A stretch of DNA of 63,938 nucleotides, filler included. It is 6 parts of 6 records of this genome, joined end to end, with 100 filler letters (N's around TTAATTAATTAA, not from the genome) between each part and the next. Parts side by side here need not be neighbours in the genome. Positions count along the whole stretch, not along the records: positions 23,848 to 34,136 come from SRR20825019_1170; positions 34,237 to 47,440 come from SRR20825019_1173; 4 more parts are not named here. One strand, written 5' to 3'. The notes below the pieces were generated by a model. The model was not told where the DNA came from and did no database searches. It saw nothing but the letters and a program-made list of their open reading frames with translations. Positions 29,777 through 39,493 of this stretch are shown here, in pieces (position 1 is the stretch's first letter; each line of letters starts with the position of its first letter). The translations under genes were made by a program, and so were the position numbers.

Positions 29777-30925
29777 ATGAAAATAGTCAGAAAACTGGGT
29801 CAGGCTGTCGCGGCGGCAACCCTTGGGATGAGCCTGTCCGCCGGTGCAATGGCGGGTGAAGTCAACATCGGATTCACCGGCCCGCTGAGTGGCGGCGCTG
29901 CTTTATACGGTGAAAACACGCTGTCCGGGCTGCGAATGGCGGTGGCGGAAATCAACGCGGCGGGCGGTTTTGACCTGAACGGCGAAAAGACCACGGTCAA
30001 CCTGGTCCCCCTGGACGATCGTTACTCACCGGCGCAGGCGGCGACCAATGCCAAGCGACTGAAGCAGGAGTCCAACGTGTCGGCGGTGTTCGTGCCTCAC
30101 TCCGGTGGTATTTTTGCCCTCCAGGACTTCAACGAGAAAGACAATTTTCTGGTGATGGCCTACTCCAGCGTGCCCAGCATCACCGAAAAGGGCAACAGCC
30201 TGACGTTGCGTATTCCTCCCACCTTTGATGGCTACGTGCGGGCCTTTACCGACTACGCCCTTGAGCACGAGGGCAAGAAGCTGGGCATGGGCGGCGCAAC
30301 CCATGAATACGCCAAAATCTGGGGCGCCATGATCAAGAAAGAGTGGGAGTCCAAAGGGGGAGAAGTGGTTTCTGACAACCCCATGGACTACAACAAATCG
30401 GCGGATTTCTTTACCGGCGTCAGCCGTATCATTTCAGAAAGCCCGGACGTGATGTTTGTGGGCGGCGCCTCCGAGCCGACCGGTCTGGTGGTGCAACAGG
30501 CCCGCCAGATGGGCTTTCAGGGCGGCTTTATCGTGATGGACCAGGCCAAGATTGACGAAGTGGCCCAGGTAGCCGGTGGCCTGGACATGGTGGAAGGCGC
30601 CATCGGCGTGGTTCCACTGAGCGTCTATGACACCCCGGCGGCCAAAGACTTCATCGAGCGCTACAAGGCCGAGTACGACAAAATGCCCGGATCCGAAGCC
30701 GCCTACAACTACCTGGCGCTGCACGCCCTGGTGGAAGCCATGGACGCCACCGAGTCCACCGACCCGAAAACCATCCGCGCTGCGATCGGCGATGCCCTGA
30801 AAAACATGGACACCCGCAAGAACCCGTACGAAGTCACCGAAGTCACCGAAAACGGTGGTTTCGTGACGGAGACGACCCTGGCCGTGGTGAAAGACGGCGA
30901 GATTGTTCGGGAAGAGATCAAGTGA
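29777..30925 (+). CDS. ABC substrate-binding protein (Liv/HAAT family)
   Basis: Signal peptide, IGFTGPLSGGAALYG and EINAAGG. Confidence 0.92.
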   Translation: MKIVRKLGQAVAAATLGMSLSAGAMAGEVNIGFTGPLSGGAALYGENTLSGLRMAVAEINAAGGFDLNGEKTTVNLVPLDDRYSPAQAATNAKRLKQESNVSAVFVPHSGGIFALQDFNEKDNFLVMAYSSVPSITEKGNSLTLRIPPTFDGYVRAFTDYALEHEGKKLGMGGATHEYAKIWGAMIKKEWESKGGEVVSDNPMDYNKSADFFTGVSRIISESPDVMFVGGASEPTGLVVQQARQMGFQGGFIVMDQAKIDEVAQVAGGLDMVEGAIGVVPLSVYDTPAAKDFIERYKAEYDKMPGSEAAYNYLALHALVEAMDATESTDPKTIRAAIGDALKNMDTRKNPYEVTEVTENGGFVTETTLAVVKDGEIVREEIK

Positions 30926-30953
30926 TGGGGGTATCAGCACCCATCTGAATGAG

Positions 30954-30979
30954 AAAAGGGGCCCAAGGGCCCCTTTTTT
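30954..30979. terminator. Bidirectional intrinsic terminator
   Basis: AAAAGGGGCCC-AA-GGGCCCCTTTTTT between converging genes. Confidence 0.88.
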
Positions 30980-31004
30980 AGTGTTGCTTCGGGCGTCTGA
31001 CCGC

Positions 31005-31481
31005 TCAGGCCACGTACATCACCAGGTTCTCTGCCACGCAGGCAGGCTTGTCCTCTCCACGGATTTCCACGGTGGTTCGGTAGGTGGCCAGCGTGCGCTG
31101 ATCATCCACCCTGGACACATCCAGCAATTCCATCTTGCTACGGATATCCGCCCCGGATTTCACCGCCGCAGGAAAGCGCAGCTTATTGATGCCGTAGTTT
31201 ATGCTGGCGCCTTTGCCCTGCACGTCAATGACCTCCTGATTCAGCAGTGGAATCAGCGACGCTGTCAGAAACCCATGGGCGACGGGGCTTTTCCACGGTG
31301 TTTCCCGCGTGGCCCGCTCAACATCCAGATGAATCCACTGGTGATCGCCCGTGGCGTCCGCAAACGCCTGAATCATCTCCTGGGTGACGGTTTTCCAAGG
31401 GCTGTGGCCAATGGTAGTGCCGCAAAAATGTTCAAGATCGTTTAATTCAACAGAGAGCATATCTGCTTCCATGGTGCACAA
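31005..31481 (-). CDS. MaoC-family dehydratase
   Basis: FADATGDHQWIH, AHGFLT and NYGINKLRF. Confidence 0.92.
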   Translation of the reverse strand: MCTMEADMLSVELNDLEHFCGTTIGHSPWKTVTQEMIQAFADATGDHQWIHLDVERATRETPWKSPVAHGFLTASLIPLLNQEVIDVQGKGASINYGINKLRFPAAVKSGADIRSKMELLDVSRVDDQRTLATYRTTVEIRGEDKPACVAENLVMYVA

Positions 31482-31498
31482 GGTGCAAAGTCAGAGAC

Positions 31499-32260
31499 TC
31501 AAACAGCGTACCCGGGATTTTTGCTATCCAGAAGCCGAACCAATGCGGGCCAGGTCAAAGCAGCCGCACTGCCGAGTTCCTGAGACTGGTCAGCGGTTGT
31601 CTGAATGGCCTGCTCTGACGGCATACAGGTTGGCCCGCAGCTCTGGGCCTTGACCTGGATCTCGCAGGCCTTCATCAGAAAATACAGATAGGTGAACGTC
31701 TCCGGCACGTCCTTGCCCGCCGTCAGCACCCCGTGATTGCGCAGCATCATCATCGACTTGTCACCCAGGTCCCTGATCAGCCGCTCCCGCTCATCCAGGT
31801 TCAGTGCCACACCTTCATAATCGTGATAGCTCAGATGATTCAGGCACAGCATCGCCGTCTGGCTCAGGGGCAACAGACCATCCCGGTGCGCCGACACAGC
31901 CACCCCATCCGGCGCGTGCAGGTGCATCACCGCTCCGGCATCCTCGCGGCCCATGTGAACGGCACTGTGAATGGTGAATCCGGCCGGATTTACACGGGCG
32001 AGGCCGCCAGACTCCACCACCTGGCCGTCCTTATCCACCTTCACCAGTGACGACGCGGTGATTTCATGGAACAGAAGCCCATAGGGGTTGATCAGGAAAT
32101 GATGATCCGGCCCCGGCACCCGTGCCGAAAGGTGGGTGAACACCAGATCGTCCCAGCCAAACAGCGCCACCAGGCGATAGGCGGCGGCCAGCTCGGTACG
32201 GACCTTCCATTCGGCTTTTCTCAGATCCCGTTGTGATGACTGATCGTCTGTTGTCGTCAT
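31499..32260 (-). CDS. Class II aldolase/adducin family protein
   Basis: THLSARVPG, NPAGFTIHSAVH, HLH and LRNHG. Confidence 0.92.
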   Translation of the reverse strand: MTTTDDQSSQRDLRKAEWKVRTELAAAYRLVALFGWDDLVFTHLSARVPGPDHHFLINPYGLLFHEITASSLVKVDKDGQVVESGGLARVNPAGFTIHSAVHMGREDAGAVMHLHAPDGVAVSAHRDGLLPLSQTAMLCLNHLSYHDYEGVALNLDERERLIRDLGDKSMMMLRNHGVLTAGKDVPETFTYLYFLMKACEIQVKAQSCGPTCMPSEQAIQTTADQSQELGSAAALTWPALVRLLDSKNPGYAV

Positions 32261-32277
32261 GATGAGAGCCTCAGCTG

Positions 32278-33420
32278 TCAGCCTGCCTGCAACAAAGTGG
32301 CGTATTGCTCCAGATGGAAATCGTCATCCCCCAACTGGTGATTGATGGCGATCAGCCGCTTCGCGTAGTGGGCAAAGTTGTACTCCCAGGTCATGCCGAT
32401 ACCACCGTGGGACTGAATGCCGGCCTCGGAGATGAATTGACCGGCACGGCCAATCACGTTTTTGGCGGCGGCCAGCACGCGGCGGCGTTCATCACTGGGT
32501 TCGCTGTCGGCGACGCTGGCGGCAAGAATTGCCATGGAACGAGCCTGCTCCAGTTCCGACATCATATCCACCATACGGTGCTGCAACACCTGGAACCGGC
32601 CGATTGGCACGCCAAACTGCTTGCGCTGTTTGAGGTAATCCAGAGTCAGCTCATTGGCCATTTCCATGACACCCACAGCCTCGGCGCAGATGGCGGCGAT
32701 GGCGCGACCGGCCTGATACTCGATCACCCCGGCAGCCTTGCCTTCTTCTCCCAGCAACGCGTCGGCACCGACCTGGACGTTGTTCAAGGTAATGTCACAG
32801 CCGCGGGAGCCGTCGATAGTGGGGTAAGCTCGGCGCTCAACGCCAGCGGTATCCGGGCTCAGGGCAAACAGGCTGATGCCGTCGGCATCGCGGGCGTCGC
32901 CTGAGGTGCGTGCGGACACCACGATCAGGTCGGCACAGTGGCCGCTGGTCACCACGGCCTTGCGGCCGTTCAGAGCATAGCCCTCGCCGTTTTTCTCGGC
33001 ACGGGTTTCCACGTTATTCAAGTCATAGAAGCTCTGGGGCTCTTGCAGGCCTACAGCGGCTTTCAGTTCGCCGCTGGCGATGCCGGTCAGCCAGGTGTCT
33101 TTCTGGCTGTCGTTGCCTGCCTGGCCAATCAGGCCGCCGCCCAGAATAATGGACTGCACATATGGCTCCAGGCAAAGCCCGCGGCCCAGCTCAGTCATAA
33201 CGGACTGAACTTCCACACCGCTGCCGCCAAAGCCACCGAGTTCCTCGGAAAAAGGTACAGCGGTCAGGCCCAGCTCGCTAAGCTGCTGCCAGAAATCGGC
33301 GCTGAAGCCCAGTTCCGTCTCACTGAACGCCAGGCGTTTTTCAAAACTGTACTCACCGCGCACCAGCCGTTCCACGGTGTCCTGCAGCATCTGCTGCTCT
33401 TCATTAAGTCGGAAATCCAT
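32278..33420 (-). CDS. Acyl-CoA dehydrogenase (PimD-like small subunit)
   Basis: MDFRLNEEQQML, RKQFGVPIGRFQVLQHR and QSHGGIGMTWE. Confidence 0.9.
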   Translation of the reverse strand: MDFRLNEEQQMLQDTVERLVRGEYSFEKRLAFSETELGFSADFWQQLSELGLTAVPFSEELGGFGGSGVEVQSVMTELGRGLCLEPYVQSIILGGGLIGQAGNDSQKDTWLTGIASGELKAAVGLQEPQSFYDLNNVETRAEKNGEGYALNGRKAVVTSGHCADLIVVSARTSGDARDADGISLFALSPDTAGVERRAYPTIDGSRGCDITLNNVQVGADALLGEEGKAAGVIEYQAGRAIAAICAEAVGVMEMANELTLDYLKQRKQFGVPIGRFQVLQHRMVDMMSELEQARSMAILAASVADSEPSDERRRVLAAAKNVIGRAGQFISEAGIQSHGGIGMTWEYNFAHYAKRLIAINHQLGDDDFHLEQYATLLQAG

Positions 33421-33430
33421 GGTCGTCTCC

Positions 33431-34135
33431 TTAAAGCCCGAGAATCATTTTCGACACGATGTTCTTCTGGATCTCGTTGGATCCGCCGAAGATCGACAGC
33501 TTGCGGTTGTTGAAGTACTGGGCCGACAGGGGAGCGGCATCTTTATCCGACAGGAAGTCGCCCTCGTAATCCATATCCATCTCCTCTTCGAGGAACGGCA
33601 GGGCATAGGGCCCGATCGCGCGGCGGGCGAGATCATTGATGGCCTGGCGGATCTCGGTGCCTTTTACTTTCAGCATGGAACTTTCCGCACCCGGCACACC
33701 GCCACCTTCAACAGAGGCAATAATACGCAGGTTGCTGATGGCGGCTGCCGTGAGGTCGATTTCCACTTTGGCGATGCGATGACTGAATGAGGGGTCCTCA
33801 AGCAGCGGCCGACCGTTTTTCAGGCGGCGTGATGCCAGGTTTTTCAGGTGCGACAGTGCTGCCTTGGACATACCGATACCGGCCAGGCCGGTGCGCTCGT
33901 AAGTCAGAAGATACTTGGCATAGGTCCAGCCTTTATCCTCTTCGCCCACCAGGTTCTCCACCGGCACCTTCACGTCCTCGAAGAACACTTCGTTAACTTC
34001 ATGCTCACCATCCAGAGTGATGATGGGGCGCACGGTAATGCCCGGTGTGTCCATATCGATGAGCAGGAACGAAATACCTTCCTGGTTCTTGACCTCGGTG
34101 TTGGTACGCACCAGGCAGAAGATCATGTTGGCGTG
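33431..34135 (-). CDS. Acyl-CoA dehydrogenase (PimC-like), 5'-truncated
   Basis: GISFLLIDM, NEVFFEDV and SIFGGSNEIQKNI. Confidence 0.9.
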   Translation of the reverse strand, partial: HANMIFCLVRTNTEVKNQEGISFLLIDMDTPGITVRPIITLDGEHEVNEVFFEDVKVPVENLVGEEDKGWTYAKYLLTYERTGLAGIGMSKAALSHLKNLASRRLKNGRPLLEDPSFSHRIAKVEIDLTAAAISNLRIIASVEGGGVPGAESSMLKVKGTEIRQAINDLARRAIGPYALPFLEEEMDMDYEGDFLSDKDAAPLSAQYFNNRKLSIFGGSNEIQKNIVSKMILGL

Positions 34136-34136
34136 C

Positions 34137-34236
34137 NNNNNNNNNNNNNNNNNNNNNNNNNNNNNNNNNNNNNNNNNNNNTTAATTAATTAANNNNNNNN
34201 NNNNNNNNNNNNNNNNNNNNNNNNNNNNNNNNNNNN
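34137..34236. other. Artificial contig spacer
   Basis: Same linker. Confidence 0.98.
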
Positions 34237-34238
34237 AA

Positions 34239-34264
34239 GGCGGGGAGCGGAATCCCCGCCCTAC
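34239..34264 (-). repeat. REP-like palindrome
   Basis: Minus strand reads GTAG-GGCGGGG-ATTCCGCT-CCCCGCC: a GTAG foot plus hairpin. Confidence 0.6.
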
Positions 34265-34306
34265 ACTCGACTTGCGCACGGGTCCCATTCCCTGCACCGT
34301 TTTCGC

Positions 34307-34948
34307 ATGTCCAAAGAGCGCTACATTCAAGCCAAGGAAAAATGGGCCGCCAAACAAAAGGCCCGTGGCGTTACCGCCCGCGAAGTCGCTTCCGAGAATC
34401 GCTTGCCGCCCGGGCAAAAACTCACCGAAAAATTTCCCGTGCTTGATCTCGGCGTGCAACCGGAGATCGCCCACACCGATTGGACCCTCACTCTTGACGG
34501 CTTGGTCGAAAAAGGAACCACGCTCGATTGGGTGACATTCAACGCCCTCCCGCAGGTGGAAGACACCAGCGATTTCCACTGCGTGACCACCTGGAGTAAA
34601 TACGACTGCCGCTGGGGTGGTGTCGCCTTCACCACGCTTTACGAACTCGCCCAACCTGCTCCCGAGGCCAAATTCGTATATTTCACCAGTTACGACGGTT
34701 ACTCCACCAATGTCCCGCTCGCGCAATGCCTTGACGACGACGTGCTCATCGCGACGTCTTTCGATGGCCAACCCGTCACTCGTGAACACGGCGGTCCCGC
34801 CCGGGTGATCCTCCCCAAACTCTACGCCTGGAAAGGCGCGAAGTTCGTGAAAAACATCACCTTCCTCGCCGAAGACAAACTCGGTTTCTGGGAAATCCGC
34901 GGCTATTCCAACACTGCCGATCCCTTCACCGAAGATCGCTACGCGTAA
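34307..34948 (+). CDS. Sulfite oxidase-like molybdopterin-binding oxidoreductase
   Basis: RLPPGQ, DFHCVTTWS, HGGPAR and YAWKGAKF. Confidence 0.9.
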   Translation: MSKERYIQAKEKWAAKQKARGVTAREVASENRLPPGQKLTEKFPVLDLGVQPEIAHTDWTLTLDGLVEKGTTLDWVTFNALPQVEDTSDFHCVTTWSKYDCRWGGVAFTTLYELAQPAPEAKFVYFTSYDGYSTNVPLAQCLDDDVLIATSFDGQPVTREHGGPARVILPKLYAWKGAKFVKNITFLAEDKLGFWEIRGYSNTADPFTEDRYA

Positions 34949-34990
34949 GCCCTTCCGCACATGCACTCAGAGAAAGCGGCATTGTTGATC

Positions 34991-35080
34991 TTGTCATCGC
35001 GAGCCCGACGTAGTCAGGCGTGGCGATCCACCCATTTAGATTGCCGCGTCATCCGCTTCGCAGATTCCTCGCAATGACAA
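34991..35080. repeat. 90-bp nested palindromic element (RPE/MITE-like)
   Basis: Termini TTGTCATCGCGAG...CTCGCAATGACAA with inner GCGTGGCGATC...GATTGCCGCGT. Confidence 0.65.
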
Positions 35081-35104
35081 ACGATTCCATGACCCACTCG
35101 TATC

Positions 35105-36112
35105 ATGAAACACGTCCATCTCGATAACATCCCCTGGTTCGAATGGGCATCGACCACCGGTAAGTTTCAGGGAGCCGGTCGGGAAATCTCCGAAGCACTC
35201 GGGGCGGTGGTCGGCGCGACATTGGATCAGGGCGGCCACCCTTTCGATTTGGAATTAGGCAGACTCGCGCCGGGTAAATCCGGTTGCCCGTTTCACCGCC
35301 ACTCCGCGCAATGGGAATGCTACACCATTCTCAGCGGATCCGGCGTCATGCGTCACGGCGATCAGCGACGTGATCTCGGTCCCGGCGATGTCGCGCTGCA
35401 CCCTCCCGGCAGTTCCCACCAACTGATCAACACCGGTGAGACCGATCTGCTCTACTACCTCGTGGCCGACAATCCGCTCACGGAATTCTGTTACTACCCC
35501 GATTCCCACAAATGGGGCGTCGTTCCCGGTGGAATTATTCTGCAGGGCCACGAAGTTCACTATGATCTCGGCGAGGACGACTCTCCTGAAACGGCCGTTC
35601 CCCCATCCACGCGACTTCCTTTGCCGGAAATTCCCGCTCAATTTCTCAACATCGCGGATCTCGAATGGGGGCATCGTCACTCGCCGAAAAGCAAGTTCAG
35701 TTCCTACTGCCGCGACATTTCGATCAATCTCGGCGGTAAACGTAATACCGACGCACAAAATGGTGGCCATCCCTTTGACCTGCAGATTCGCCGCATTGCT
35801 CCGTCCGCTGCTATCTGCCCCTATCACAGCCACAGTATGCAATGGGAGTTGTTGGTATTTCTATCCGGACGCGGCACCGTGCGCACCCCCAGTGAAACCA
35901 TCGAGGTCGGCAAGGGAGACATCGTGTTGCATCCACCCGGCACCCCGCACCAAACCCGAGCGGCCGCTGACACCGAACTCGAATGCCTCATCATCGCGGA
36001 TAATCCAAAGGAAGACACCTGCTATTATCCCGATAGCGACAAATGGGGCGTGCTATCGATTGGCCGTTACTTTCGCCGCACCGACACCGAATACTACGAC
36101 GGCGAAGAGTAA
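35105..36112 (+). CDS. Tandem double-cupin protein
   Basis: Two copies of HPFDL...CP(F/Y)HxHSxQWE...HPPGxxHQ...ADNP...YYPDSxKWG. Confidence 0.88.
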   Translation: MKHVHLDNIPWFEWASTTGKFQGAGREISEALGAVVGATLDQGGHPFDLELGRLAPGKSGCPFHRHSAQWECYTILSGSGVMRHGDQRRDLGPGDVALHPPGSSHQLINTGETDLLYYLVADNPLTEFCYYPDSHKWGVVPGGIILQGHEVHYDLGEDDSPETAVPPSTRLPLPEIPAQFLNIADLEWGHRHSPKSKFSSYCRDISINLGGKRNTDAQNGGHPFDLQIRRIAPSAAICPYHSHSMQWELLVFLSGRGTVRTPSETIEVGKGDIVLHPPGTPHQTRAAADTELECLIIADNPKEDTCYYPDSDKWGVLSIGRYFRRTDTEYYDGEE

Positions 36113-36966
36113 AGTGCAGCCGGACTACGGTTGGCATGATGTCGATACTGCGTCGGCGTCATTCGATAATGTTGACTAAACTGGCGGCAGAAAAAATGCG
36201 AATCGGCATACCCCAATTCGAACGCGACTTCCCGCACGCGCAAACCGCTTTCGAGCAGCATGATCGCGGCTTGATGCAGACGCTGTTGCTTCAACCATTC
36301 CCGCGGTGAAATCCCAATCTGCTCGCGAAACTTCCGGGTGAAATAATCCGTGGAAAGCCCGAAGTAAGTCGCCATATCCGCCGGCCTCATTCCCTTTCGC
36401 CAATGCTCACTGAGGAATGCCACCAAGCCCTCCATTTTCTGATGGGATAACCACGGATTTGACAGTCCCGAAGCACTGTTTTCCCGATGGGTGATCGCCT
36501 CGGCGACCAAACACATCAGAAGAGCTCTCATTTCCCGAAATCGAAACCTCTCCGGTTGTTGCGAGGCATGGCAGAGTTGCTCCATCAGAAGATTCCCCCG
36601 TGCAAACCCCATCAGGGCCAATCGATCCCACTCCGGCACGATCAGGGTCCGTCGATCCCATAATTGAAAGCGAACCACATAATTGCGCAGCACCTCCCGG
36701 GACGATCTCACCCGTAAATCGTGCGGCACTTGCGAAGAAATCCAATGAAAGCACTCAGTCGGCACTTCGATTTCACAATCCCTCAGTTTCCCGACAATCG
36801 ACCCTTGATGAATATACCAAAGCACATGGTCGGGAATCGCCCGAACACCACTGCTCCACCCCTTGGTGCGTCCGATCGAACAGGTCACAAAACGCAGATT
36901 CTCTTCCGTCGCGTTTTCCAATAATCCAATAAAGGCATCCAAATCGACTTTCCTCACCGGGGGCAT
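36094..36966 (-). CDS. AraC family regulator
   Basis: C-terminal double HTH: GLSTDYFTRKF...EVAFELGYADSHFFCRQF. Confidence 0.9.
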   Translation of the reverse strand: MPPVRKVDLDAFIGLLENATEENLRFVTCSIGRTKGWSSGVRAIPDHVLWYIHQGSIVGKLRDCEIEVPTECFHWISSQVPHDLRVRSSREVLRNYVVRFQLWDRRTLIVPEWDRLALMGFARGNLLMEQLCHASQQPERFRFREMRALLMCLVAEAITHRENSASGLSNPWLSHQKMEGLVAFLSEHWRKGMRPADMATYFGLSTDYFTRKFREQIGISPREWLKQQRLHQAAIMLLESGLRVREVAFELGYADSHFFCRQFSQHYRMTPTQYRHHANRSPAALYSSPS

Positions 36967-37129
36967 GACGGAAATCAGTCATGAATCACCGTTTTAGTCC
37001 ACTTTTTAGACGTCTTACTCATCTGGACGAAACCGATTGAAAATGCGACTGTTTACCACTGTTAGGTTCACAACTCTCCGCAGATAGTTTCCTCGAGAGG
37101 ATATTTTCATACCACCCACTCACGACAAC

Positions 37130-37852
37130 ATGTCATCTCCTTTATCCGCCTCCCATTTCAAGCTCACCCCCAGCCAGCTTGATGCCTATGATCGCGACGG
37201 CTATGTGCTGGTTGACGACGTTTTTCCGCAGACAGAACTCGACGAGATTAACCGTGAGATCGAGCGCCTGCGCTCCGAAAAATCCGACGACGGCACCAAT
37301 CAAAAAGATGTCATTCTCCGCTTGGGTTTGAAATCTCCACTCACCAGTCAGATGTGTCGCGACGAACGCATCCTCACGCTGATCGAGGACCTCGTAAAAC
37401 CCGGCATCGCGATCTACTCCGCCAAACTTTTTGAGAAGAATCCGCACGACACCCAGATCTGTCATTGGCACCAGGACGATGCTTATTACACCCAGAATTC
37501 CGACTGCGACTGCCGCATGTCGGCCTGGATTCCCCTTCAGGATTGCGATGAGAAAAACGGTTGCGTGTGGGTGATTCCCGGTAGCCACAAAACCGGACTG
37601 AAACCCGCCAACATGATCGGTGACGACACCGGCCATTGCGAACTCGCCTTCGCCCACGGCACCGCCGATCTCGAGGGCGCGATTCCCGTGCCGATGAAGG
37701 CCGGCACCGTCCTCCTCTTCCACGCCCTCCTCGCCCATCGTTCTCTGGGCAACCACACCTCGCGTCCCCGCCGCTCGTTTATCATTAGTTACCAGGATGC
37801 GATCACCACTCGGGGAAACAAGGATCAGCATAAGATTCTACGCAGCGCCTAG
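37130..37852 (+). CDS. Phytanoyl-CoA dioxygenase (PhyH) family Fe(II)/2OG oxygenase
   Basis: WHQD, NGCVWVIPGSH and HRSLGN...R. Confidence 0.9.
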   Translation: MSSPLSASHFKLTPSQLDAYDRDGYVLVDDVFPQTELDEINREIERLRSEKSDDGTNQKDVILRLGLKSPLTSQMCRDERILTLIEDLVKPGIAIYSAKLFEKNPHDTQICHWHQDDAYYTQNSDCDCRMSAWIPLQDCDEKNGCVWVIPGSHKTGLKPANMIGDDTGHCELAFAHGTADLEGAIPVPMKAGTVLLFHALLAHRSLGNHTSRPRRSFIISYQDAITTRGNKDQHKILRSA

Positions 37853-37949
37853 CTGATTATCATAAGTGGCGAATGGGATCACTGCCCCTTCGGAAAGAAT
37901 CCCCCCCCACTCTTGCGCGAGCTCCCGGTCTTCCCTACTTGCTCAGTTG

Positions 37950-39458
37950 ATGCGCACTTCGTTTCTTGGGCTGAAAATCGGCCGGCTCCAAATTTTCAGT
38001 TTGGCCCTCATCGTATTCGGGTCGCGATTGTGGACGTTTCATTACGCGGGTTCCCCTTTACCGTTCTTCGATCAATGGCTCGCCGAGTATAATAACGTTT
38101 TTCTGAGTCTGGCCGGGGGGCACAGCATTTCGGAGGTGTTGTTGCGGCATCACAACGAACACGCGCTCATCACGACCAAACTATTCAGCCTGATCGGATT
38201 TTCGATCAACGGTTATTGGGATGTGAAATTCCTCGTCGTGATCGCCGCGATCGCCAGGACAGTCGTCGCTGTCATGGCTTTTCTCCATCTCGCTTCGAAT
38301 GAATCAGGTCCGAAGCGTCTCCTGCTTTGGTTGTTGGTTGCCGTTATCTTCGGCATCCCCTGGTCAGGGTTTAACGCGTTGTGCGGATTGCAGGTGAGTT
38401 TTTATCTGGCGGAGATCGCACTGATTTGGAGCCTCGGCCTTGTGGTAAACTGGAAGAGCCCGCGCAGCGCGATTGGTCTAGCCGGTGCCATGGTTTTCGG
38501 GCTCGGCAGTTTGGCCTCAGCTCTCGCGATCCCTGCGTCCACTTTAGTGGCTCATTGGGTCTCACGAAAATCACGACCGGGGTTTTGGCCCGCGTGGACC
38601 GTGACCGCGATCATGGCGCTGGCCTTTGCGATTAACGCGACCGGGGGACACGGAGAAATCACGTCCAAGCTCACATTCGCCACCTGCAAATTTTTCCTCC
38701 GTTTAATCTCTTGGCCGACTGAGAATCTCACGCTGGGTCTCTGCCTTGCAGTCATCACCTTGATTTCGATCCCGCTCATTAAACGCCTTCCTCATTTCGA
38801 TCCACAGAAAGCCTCTCTGACGCTAGGTTTGACGGTATTTGCAATCGTGAACTCCGGTCTGCTTGCGCTCAACCGAGCTCCCTCCGAACTCCATTCAAGA
38901 CATTGGGACACGCTACTCTGGATGCCGTTAGGAATGATTGCGCTGGTGATTGTCGCCACACCTTACCTGCCCCGTTTCCGAAGCCTGGCCACTGTGATGG
39001 CAATCGGGGTTGCCCTATTTTACGGAGCTACCTTTGCGCAAAAATATCACGCAATCACGCAACCCTACTATGATGCTTCACATGAACAGCGCGATGCCGT
39101 CGTGCAGCAATATCGAGACTGGTTTCTCAGTGGAAAACTCAAAGAACCCTCCGATGTCGTGAACCGCCAACTCGAACAGAGGGACTACCGTTTCTACGAT
39201 GATCCGATCGGGCGTTACATGCCCCATCCGATACCCACCGCCAACATCCTCGCGGCCCCCATCCCGGCGCTTTCCTTGCTCAGCCCAGACATTCTACCTA
39301 CGCGTGAGCCCAGTCTTCTCTCGCGCATCACCAGAAGCCTGATCGCATGCGGCAAGCCCCTCTGGCTGCTCGGAGTGCTTCTCGGGATTACCTCACTTGG
39401 AATCAGCTTCCGCCGACGCCCAGCAGAACCTCACGCGAACGGACACCCGCTTGCTTGA
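37950..39458 (+). CDS. Polytopic membrane protein, unknown function
   Basis: Many hydrophobic segments. PFFDQW and HNEH loop motifs loosely suggest a GT-C-like membrane enzyme. Confidence 0.7.
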   Translation: MRTSFLGLKIGRLQIFSLALIVFGSRLWTFHYAGSPLPFFDQWLAEYNNVFLSLAGGHSISEVLLRHHNEHALITTKLFSLIGFSINGYWDVKFLVVIAAIARTVVAVMAFLHLASNESGPKRLLLWLLVAVIFGIPWSGFNALCGLQVSFYLAEIALIWSLGLVVNWKSPRSAIGLAGAMVFGLGSLASALAIPASTLVAHWVSRKSRPGFWPAWTVTAIMALAFAINATGGHGEITSKLTFATCKFFLRLISWPTENLTLGLCLAVITLISIPLIKRLPHFDPQKASLTLGLTVFAIVNSGLLALNRAPSELHSRHWDTLLWMPLGMIALVIVATPYLPRFRSLATVMAIGVALFYGATFAQKYHAITQPYYDASHEQRDAVVQQYRDWFLSGKLKEPSDVVNRQLEQRDYRFYDDPIGRYMPHPIPTANILAAPIPALSLLSPDILPTREPSLLSRITRSLIACGKPLWLLGVLLGITSLGISFRRRPAEPHANGHPLA

Positions 39459-39493
39459 CGCTACGGAGCTCGGGATTACGAATCTTCACTCGC

